Origin: Tubiluchus corallicola
Lineage: Eukaryota > Animalia > Priapulida
Assembly (NCBI GenBank): GCA_030141605.1
Contig: JAQGDQ010000511.1
Location: 127,396-158,962, forward strand
Direction of reading: 5' to 3'
Length of the DNA stretch: 31,567 nucleotides
Of this stretch, positions 23,236 to 31,567 are shown in pieces (the stretch's first letter is position 1; every line of letters starts with the position of its first letter). Position numbers and translations under genes: made by a program. The notes under the pieces are model-generated. The model did not search any database, was not told the DNA's origin, and was given only the letters and a program-made list of their open reading frames with translations.

Positions 23236-24514
23236 GTAAATAATTGTTAACTACTTAATTAATGCATAACAGGCTCTGCCTATGTAAACTGGTTGTATGT
23301 TTGTAAATTTACCACTAATAATGACAGCAGCAGCTAGTCGAAACGTTTGGTATGATTTTAACTTTTTAATGTAAAATTTTTGAATAAAATTGTGTTGTTT
23401 TAACTATATTTTAATAAGCTTATAATTATGGCGTAATTTTAATGATGCTGCTTCATTCGAAATGGTTGAAAAAGTGGCTTCGCTGCTAATAGGTATGTAA
23501 ATAATTATTGTCAGGTCACACGTTTGCTCCGGGGCATGAAGCTTTAAGCCTCACTGCTACACGAAATGACTGTACGTAGAGGATCTTTACAAGTAGGTAA
23601 GCTCGTAGAAGCCGCTTAATCAGCATCTGAACTGAATTCATCTGACGTGATTGTGAGTAAAATTAGTCATCTCATTATACAGTGATGTAGGCGTGGAGTA
23701 CACACAACTACAGTCACAAAAAGTGTAGGAAAATGGCATAGCTAATCACATAGGTTTTAGTCATATGTAACATCGAGAAGCAGCGGAATAAGTCTTTTCA
23801 CGGTTTCGTTGTGCGCACGCGCACTTGCTGTAGGTCATAGGTTAAGTGCATCACAGCAACGCGTCTTAACTACAACCGTCACGTGACATGTGTGTAAAGC
23901 AAAGCCATCTGCCGCATAAGTTCAGTAACTTCAGATGTTTTAAGCGGATTTTACTTTACTTATGCTTTACTTAATTAAGCATTAGTCTGTGCGTAGAGTG
24001 ATTTACTAACAGGATTTTGCTTGGAAACAAGGAAAAATGAACTAGATAAGGCTTTAGCTACCTGTTAAAACTGTTACTATTACATAAGCTTGGGCTGCGA
24101 GGCGTTGTCAGGTGTACGCAAATCTTTGTCTGGTGCACTTAACCTTTAACCTTTTACGATCACCATCAATCGCTAGAACTATGAAAAGATTTATTAAGGG
24201 ACAAGGACCGTCAGGGTTAGACAGGACTTTGTGTAAACGTACCTCGAGCTGAGAATATTTTGGAGAGTCTATTACAGACGGGTCTTATTTATTCTAACTT
24301 GTTACTCTTTAAACACGGAACATTTTAGTTAGTTGTATTTATTTATAGTAACTATTCAATTTCCCTTTCGCTTAAATTAATACGGTGTAATTTAGATTGA
24401 CAATACCTAACTGTGAGGTATGGTAATAGATGGCAGCACTTTCTACATTGTTGCTTGATAGCACTAGCTGCATATTACAAATTAACATTCTGAATTAACA
24501 ATTAATTAAATTGA

Positions 24515-24990
24515 AAGTAAGAACATCAGTTTAGATACAAAATTAAGAATCTTTGCTGCACTTGTGGAAACTGGTTCTCTATAACTCAGAATTATGGACA
24601 ATTAAAGCACAACAGAAATCAGAAATTGATGCATTTCAAAGAAGAAACTACAAGAACATTCTAGGAATAAAATGGCCAAAAAATATCAAACCAGGATCTG
24701 TGCAATAAAGTCAAGGCAGAGGATTGGAAATTAAAATCAAAGGGAAAAGATTAAGATGGATAGGACATGTTATGCGACTACCAGATGACAGTCTATTAAA
24801 ATTAGCTTTCAAAGAAGCAGTGCAGAAAGAAAAGGAACCACAAGGAGGACAGCTGCTGACCTACATCAATTTCATCCAAAAAGATCTTATCAACACACCA
24901 TTAGATATCAAAAACACAGAGACATGAGGGAGGATGAGGGTGACAGGGCAGCATGGAGTAAAGTGATCATCAGGGTCATGTCAGAGGATG
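24515..24990 (+). mobile_element. RTE-clade LINE ORF2 C-terminal fragment (frameshifted)
   Basis: TKLRIF..LV / LYNSELWT...IDAFQRR..KNILGIKW / KRLRWIGHVMRLPDD motifs. Confidence 0.85.
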
Positions 24991-25205
24991 TGTGACTCCA
25001 GAGAGATGAGGTTGCGAAGCCTGCTTCGATATAAGTTCTACACAAATAAATGTAATTAGTAATGACTATGTAGGTATAGTAATGCTAACACACCACAAAT
25101 AATTGTGTATGAACGGGGCAGAACTATCAGCCCCAGGGGGCGTTGTAATGTCTGTACTCTACTGTACTCTGCTGCTAGCGTGAGGCAGGAAGATGATTTT
25201 TTTAA

Positions 25206-25614
25206 TATAGGTTTTACACATCAAATGTAGACACAGGAAAGTTCAAATGTGACTTAGGTAAGTCAAATGTAGACATAGGAATTTCGAATGTGTTTTAGTA
25301 ACTTAAATGTGACTTAGGTAAGTCAAATGTAGACATAGAAATTTCGAATGTGTTTTGGTAACTTGAATGTGACTTAGGTAAGTCAAATGTAGATGCGGTA
25401 CTTTGAATAAATCGTAAATTAACTCATTTAAGTGCAAATTAACTGCATTTAAGTGTCTATATTTGGCTTACCAAAAAAGCTTAAGATTTGTTGAAAACCA
25501 TTGTTAACACATTTGAACTACCTAAATCTACATTTGAGTTACCAAGACACATATGAATTACCTAAATCTACAGTTGAGTTAACGCAGGTCTACATTTGAC
25601 ATGTAAAACCTATA
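25206..25614. mobile_element. MITE with ~27-bp TIRs and internal repeats
   Basis: TATAGGTTTTACACATCAAATGTAGAC and GTCTACATTTGACATGTAAAACCTATA. Internal 60-bp tandem units are built from AAATGTAGAC-like motifs that are inverted in the right half; TA/TATA target. Confidence 0.88.
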
Positions 25615-26739
25615 GAAACAATGCTAAATTCGTTGATATAGCGGGACGTTCATCAAAGAAATGTCAGTTTACCTTACACACATTTCTAGCATTATGATGA
25701 CACGTTATAATACTAATATAACCACCATAGCAGACAATTCTTTGAAGTAATGCCAGTGATTACATGTATGCATGTAATTTATTGACCACCAAAATTACAA
25801 TGAGATTTCAAATTACAGGATAAATATAAGAAGTTAGTCCGTAACAAGACATGTTCCTTACTGCTACCTTAATGACATCAATGACGTCACTAAAATACAG
25901 ATTTTGGTTCATGTTAAAAAACTTTTAGCTAATTCAAATACAAGTAGTATTACAGGTAGCAGCATTACACAACAGTAATGCAATATAGTTCTCTTATATC
26001 TAACTATACAAAGGCATTCAGGGAAACAATAACAAACATTTATGTATATATTCCACTCGTTTACAAGTATCATTATGTGCAAACAGGAGCTTTACGTAAA
26101 CAATGTAAACAAACATGTAAGCAATCAACACTTTACGGCGCCTTAGGCTTGTCCCACCCATCTCTTTTGTGAAATTATGGTTGCTTATGTATTGACCAGA
26201 TTATACAAACACTTGTGGTGTATTAGAAGCACTATTAACCAAGTTTTTACATTGTCGTTATTAATTACATGTATTTGCATAGCGCTTATATTCAAGTAGG
26301 CTACGCAACTGTTTGTTGTGTAATACCTGACACCTGTTCGTTATGTGGTACTTATATAGAAGCAGCGCTCTGTAACTGCCTGTGGTGCGTTATAAAATGC
26401 GCCCTTTACTCAAATAATGAAAGTATGCACCTTTTCTGAGGAGAATAAGAATTTGTTCTAAAATGTGGCGCCCCTCAAACTTTGGCGCCCTAGGTTATAG
26501 CCTAGTTATCCCATTGGTTAATACGCACCTATGTGCAAATATTGATGTCAGCGATGACGTATCTATGTCAGAATATCTAGGTAATTGTCTAAGATGAGCA
26601 GTCATAGGACACACACATAGAGTATATGCTTCCCGACTTGTACCTCCAGTCATTAGGCAACTACAGGTTCTAGATTGTCTGGATAAATATCTCCATCTAC
26701 TCGTCTCAACGTGTAAACCGTTAGGCTGTTTAGTTTTAG

Positions 26740-27096
26740 TTTATTATTATCACATTCAGTGCAATATAATAACATTAAGCACACAGTGACATCAAAATTG
26801 TTACTTCGTACTGTATTAAATTGTTGTATTTCATACACTATCGTTATCATAAAAGAATAATTGTACTGCTGTGGGCTAGAGAAGCAAAGGCTTGTACAAG
26901 CCCACTGTCATGTGAACCAGATAAAAAAAGAATGTATGAGTGAACAAAAAAAAGAACTGGGAGAAAGGTTAGATCACACAGGAAGGGTAGAAGGATGTGT
27001 TAGTGGAAATGGTAGGAAGAAAGATAATAGATTGTACTATGTTGACATCAGCTCTAAACATTTATCAATGATGCCTTGTTTTGCATAATCTGTACC
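26740..27096 (-). mobile_element. Dispersed retroposon-like repeat, copy B
   Basis: Reverse complement of copy A (13973-~14330), with the same 5' boundary GGTACAGATTATGC. Confidence 0.85.
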
Positions 27097-27190
27097 AGGA
27101 TTGTGGTATGACAGATTATGCAAAACAAGGCATCATTGATAAATCTTTAGAGCTGATGTCAACATAGCACAATCTATTATCTTTCTTCCT
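27014..27190. repeat. 80-bp-arm inverted repeat (hairpin)
   Basis: 27014-27093 versus 27111-27190: 2 mismatches, 17-nt spacer. Confidence 0.92.
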
Positions 27191-28124
27191 GATTGATACG
27201 ACATTACCAGCAAGGTCAAATAATTATAGGCCTAATGGTAAAAATACTTGTTTAGCACAAACAGTTAAAGTTTGTACGCCTGCGCAAACGTTTAGAGACG
27301 ATAGCTTGTATGCGTGATTTAATTATTTTTAGCAGGCTTGGCAAATTGATTTTACGTACCACTCAAAAACTCTGTGTATACGGGTTTATAGATTAACTCC
27401 TACAGGACCATAAGCGTTTGCTGCATTTTGCACGGGTTCATGAACAAACTGCTTTCACAAAGCAGCGATTACGTTATATTTGATAATTTTTGTTGGTTTC
27501 TACTCCTCACACAATGGATTTTTATGCAAAATTATACATAAAATGCATTTGCTGACCGAAGAGAAATTAAAAATCGATTTTTGAGGAATAAATTGAAAAA
27601 TGCTTTCAGTAACTGCAGTGTTTACATTGTAACCATGTACAGTATCACTTGTGTGAAATTGGCTAATGCAGAAAATTTCAACTATCCGGACACAACCCTC
27701 TGATACACTTTGACCTCAAATCTACTCTATTTTTAAGGAGAAATTCCTGTTAAAAGGTAGAATAACCTTAATTTGTCCTTGGCTGATCGGTTGGTTTTTC
27801 CTGGAATAGCAGCAGAAGACTGTACAGCTTGGGCTGTAGCAAGCAGGCGATCAATAAAATAGTGTGTACGATCACGCAAGTGTACACCAAACTAAGCTAC
27901 TCAATAGGCTAAGTTGGATTGCCTGAAAAGTTCGTGTTTTTATTCCTTTTTCCAGTTAAATAAATGTTTAAACAAATTGCTAATCAGGAGAGTCTCGGCT
28001 ATCCAATTATGCTATTTTGTCCCTAATTTGTAATCATTTAGTTATGTCTGTGCTCATATAGTACACAGTTTTTTAATGGCAAATTTTAATGAGATCTTCG
28101 AGAGTATGAACTCTGTGCCAAAGT

Positions 28125-28270
28125 GACCAGCTGGTTTCGTGTAGTTGTAAAGCGTCTGCTTCCGGTCTGGGAGGTCGTGAGTTCGACACAGCGGCCGGAT
28201 CATACCAAAGACTTTAAAAATAATACCTGCTGTTGCCCTGCCCATGAGCGTGGTACCGAGGGTTAAAGTG
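28125..28270 (+). mobile_element. tRNA-derived SINE
   Basis: A-box-like TCGTGTAGTTG and B box GAGTTCGACAC, followed by TCATACCAAAGACTTTAAAAAT, which resembles (from memory) the MetaSINE-type core. Confidence 0.8.
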
Positions 28271-28382
28271 GAGTAATAATAATCTCTGTTATCAAGTTGT
28301 AGGTTCTTATTTACAGTCGGCAAAAAAGCTCTTTTAAGCTAATGTTAATTGTTCATCCAAAAGCTGACTTTAAATAAAGATT

Positions 28383-28383
<1 letters not shown>

Positions 28384-28479
<96 letters not shown>

Positions 28480-28601
28480 TTGTTGCTGCTGCTGTTGCTG
28501 CTGTTGCTGTTGTTGCTGCTGTTGCTGTTGCTGTTCTTGTTGTTGTTCTTGTTGCTGTTGTTGTTGCTGTTGTTGTTGTGGTTGTTGTTGTTGTTGTTGT
28601 T
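28384..28601. repeat. (TTG)n/(CTG)n compound microsatellite
   Basis: Direct reading of the sequence. Confidence 0.97.
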
Positions 28602-28715
28602 AAAGTGGGGTGACAGAACAGCTGGGCCTGTGATTTGGTTCCAGACCCGGATCGGAATGTATGCCAGTTTTTGTGGACCTGGTAGGTGAGATGCAAAGGC
28701 TGAAAGCAAATTAAC

Positions 28716-28943
28716 AGAGTGTAATGATTCATAATGATTATAAATATTGTCATCTTTTCGGTGAAATTTTCGTCGATTCATTAAAAATATTCTGCTTTCT
28801 AATAACAAAATTCCTCAACAAATTAAAAATAGAGTGTAATACTTCATAATGATTATAAATATTGTCATCTTTTCAGTCAAATTTTCGTCGATTCATTAAA
28901 AACATTCTGCTTCCTAATAACAAAATTCCTGAGCAAATTAAAA
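28716..28943. repeat. 115-bp tandem duplication
   Basis: AGAGTGTAAT...CAAATTAAAAA starting at 28716 and 28831. Confidence 0.92.
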
Positions 28944-29673
28944 AGGCACACTCATTGTTATGCCGTGGCTACTTAATTTGATTAATTTTTTAATTAATTT
29001 CACACATTAATTAACCAATGAATTTTACCATTCTTTTGAGTGGACTTAAATGTCGCTGTTTGGCTGTTGTGTGTGCATTAACGTGAAAATTCACGTCTAC
29101 TGCTGCACCCTGGTGGTCTGAAGTGGCACAGTGGCAAAAGTACAGCAATTTTTATCCCAAGATTTCGTTGTCAAATTTTGCCAGACTCCCAATTTTACAG
29201 CGTCGTACTTTTTCAACTAATTAGAAGCTTTGATTAATTATTGATTAGCATTAAAATAAACCCTTCACAACGAATTACCCTTGAGTTATATGAAGCCATA
29301 TTAAGCACAAGTGTTCCAAATTCAATGTTGATTCGGTAGGTTAAGTTCACTTAATTCTGAAAATAGAAGCCACTCGCGGTCCACTCCATTACTGCACTGT
29401 GTGAGTCTCATTGAAAAAAACTAAAGCATTTGCACAATTTTATGCAATTTCTTTGCCTTTGTTGCCTAGTTACAGCTACGTGTAACGAGACTCGAGCATT
29501 TTATTTCTTCTTGTGACAATTGCATAGCCTCTATGCAGGTAGTAACTCTATTAACGCTGGACTGAAATTAGATCATTAAAGCTTAGATTTATTTACACCT
29601 GAATTCTTTTAAACCATTTTAAGCATTCATATTTTAATTTGCATGTTTTTCGAAGAATAATCAATTTTTAACT

Positions 29674-29759
29674 TGATGATGATGGCGATGATGATGATGA
29701 TGATGATTATGATGATGATGATGGCTATGATGATTATGATGATGATGATGATGATGGCT

Positions 29760-29826
<67 letters not shown>
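29674..29826. repeat. (ATG)n microsatellite
   Basis: Begins ~18 nt into the intron after the cyclase donor at 29844. Confidence 0.97.
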
Positions 29827-29844
29827 CACGACGACGTTACTCAC

Positions 29845-29943
29845 GTTTTCCGTTGCTTTCCATTCTTGAAGCTGTGTTTACTGTATCTCCAAATAAACAA
29901 TATCTGGGCATTTTGTTGCCAACAACACCCGCAACGCATGACC
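29845..29943 (-). CDS. Guanylyl cyclase exon (99 nt), catalytic signature
   Basis: TTTTCAG|(G)[32 protein letters not shown](P)|GTGAGT. The Cys in RYCLFG indicates GTP specificity, and the catalytic N and R are intact. Confidence 0.97.
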
Positions 29944-30127
29944 CTGAAAACAAACTAACTTTCTTAAAATGATGCAACTACAGTTAAACGCAACTATTGA
30001 CACTAAAACTTGACCCCCTCCTCCTGTGAACAGGAGCATCTCTGCAGTTTTGGGGATTAATGAACGAAAAATATTAAAAATTTAAAACTGAAAAGGTTCT
30101 CAGTGGAAATTTTCAATGCTGCCTTAG

Positions 30128-30540
30128 TGTCATAGCTTTATCTCGGTGAGGTACGTGGCTTCCATCCTTGTCATAGCTTTATCTCAGTGAGGTACGTGGC
30201 TTCCATCCTTGTCATAGCTTTATCTCAGTGAGGTACGTGGCTTTCATTCTTGTCATAGCTTTATCTCAGTGAGGTACGTGGCTTCCATTCTTGTCATAGC
30301 TTTATCTCAGTGAGGTACGTGGCTTCCATTTTTGTCATAGCTTTATCTCAGTGAGGTACGTGGCTTCCATTTTTGTCATAGCTTTATCTCAGTGAGGTAC
30401 GTGGCTTCCATCCTTGTCATAGCTTTATCTCAGTGAGGTACGTGGCTTTCATTCTTGTCATAGCTTTATCTCAGTGAGGTACGTGGCTTCCATTCTTGTC
30501 ATAGCTTTATCTCAGTGAGGTACGTGGCTTTCATTCTTGT
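30128..30540. repeat. 41-bp minisatellite x10
   Basis: TGTCATAGCTTTATCTCAGTGAGGTACGTGGCTTCCATTCT, head-to-tail, no spacers. Confidence 0.97.
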
Positions 30541-30915
30541 ATATAATCTAACGTTATTTTAAGTGAAAAACTCTGATTAGCGGGGGCGGGGGTGGAGGGT
30601 GGTGGGGGGTGGTGGGGGAGTTAGTTATCGCTGGTCTACTGTTGTCTTGTCAGTCTTGGCTGTACGCTTAATTACTGAATCATTTTCACCTTATCAAGCG
30701 GTGACGCAGCCAATCAGTTGCTTAAATAATGCGTCTCCTTTAGAAAAATGTCAGGCGCTACGACGGAAATGACGTACACAACATGAAAGTGTATGATTAA
30801 TCACAAAATTGTTGACAGATTAAAGCTTTCCGAAACGGAATTGTTAGCAAATTGTAGTTTGAAGGTGAAAGATTTGAAGATGAACGGCAAGTCCAGCAGT
30901 GAAACCAAAGATTCG

Positions 30916-31119
30916 ACCACCACCACCGCCATCACAACGCTAGCGCCAGCAGTGGCAACAGCAAGAGCAACACCAACACCAACAGCAGCAGCAACAACAA
31001 CAACAACAACAGCAGCAGCAGTGGCAACAGCAACAGCAACAACAACAACAAAGCAACAGCAGCAACAGTAACAGCAACAGCAGCAGCAACAGCAGCAGCA
31101 GCAACAGCAACAACAACAA

Positions 31120-31150
<31 letters not shown>

Positions 31151-31151
31151 A
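30916..31151. repeat. (CAA)/(CAG)n compound microsatellite
   Basis: Direct reading of the sequence. Confidence 0.95.
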
Positions 31152-31372
31152 GTGGGATGACCAGATGGAACATTTTCCATAGCAGGCCTAAGTAGATGAG
31201 TATCTCATGGAAAATGAGATTTGCATACCAAAACGTAGTACAAATGATTACACAAGTGTAAATAAAACCGACTGAAAAGAATCACTTATCAAGATCGCTT
31301 CACCTACATGTACGCATGTATGTAATGTAAACAGGGCTTATAATATAACAACAAAAACAGTTCTATTGTTAC

Positions 31373-31517
31373 CTGTATGAAGACCTATCCGTAACAGAAC
31401 TTTTTGATCTGGCATATGAGGGATTTTAAAATCCTGGATCAATTCGATTAAATCAATTGACAAAGTTCCAATTTCTCCCGCATGGCGGATACCGTTTCTT
31501 CGTGGAAGTCCACTGAC
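31373..31517 (-). CDS. Guanylyl cyclase exon (145 nt); gene continues beyond the window
   Basis: TTTTGTCAG|VSGLPRRNGIRHAGEIGTLSIDL...LRIGLHT(G)|GTAACA; an NPR/receptor-GC-like sequence. Confidence 0.96.
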
Positions 31518-31567
31518 CTGACAAAAGAAGTATGACGTATGTACATTAGAATTTGTCATTATCAGCG

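Larger units (their letters stand above)
22659..23407. mobile_element. Penelope-like-element-derived inverted repeat (arms ~22659-22828 and ~23245-23407)
   Basis: ~165-bp arms are reverse complements, and each contains a hammerhead-type core. Confidence 0.75.

Noticed and set aside
28125-28200. Functional tRNA gene
   Set aside because: The cloverleaf stems are broken and it runs into a SINE core sequence.
30128-30540. CRISPR-like 41-bp repeats with an internal dyad
   Set aside because: No spacers; a simple minisatellite.

Overview
AT-rich animal (invertebrate) genomic DNA, repeat-dense, with spliceosomal introns; not prokaryotic. Three genes lie on the minus strand. (1) An intact 376-aa cytoplasmic-type actin: coding exons 3844-3719, 3494-3255, 3109-2863, 2719-2528 and 2085-1760. 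Its introns are at actin positions 41/121/204/267-268, and it appears to have two alternative promoters/first exons with a cluster of CArG boxes. (2) A short pentraxin (CRP/SAP-like) gene, about 15792-10337, that looks disabled by an in-frame TAG and a splice-phase mismatch. (3) The 3' end of a receptor-type guanylyl cyclase: exons 31517-31373, 29943-29845, 22537-22446 and 21644-20133, with an unusually long (~490 aa) low-complexity tail. Between them are hAT and Tc1/mariner-type MITEs (one nested), CR1-, RTE- and R1-like LINE fragments, a tRNA-derived SINE, 35- and 41-bp minisatellites and large microsatellites. Best second-look items: an inverted pair of Penelope-type minimal hammerhead ribozyme motifs inside a cyclase intron, an orphan plus-strand TATA/Inr/YY1 promoter with micro-exons at ~8.1-8.4 kb, and the dual-promoter actin. 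I see no clearly new multi-gene system. All calls are by eye, without database searches.
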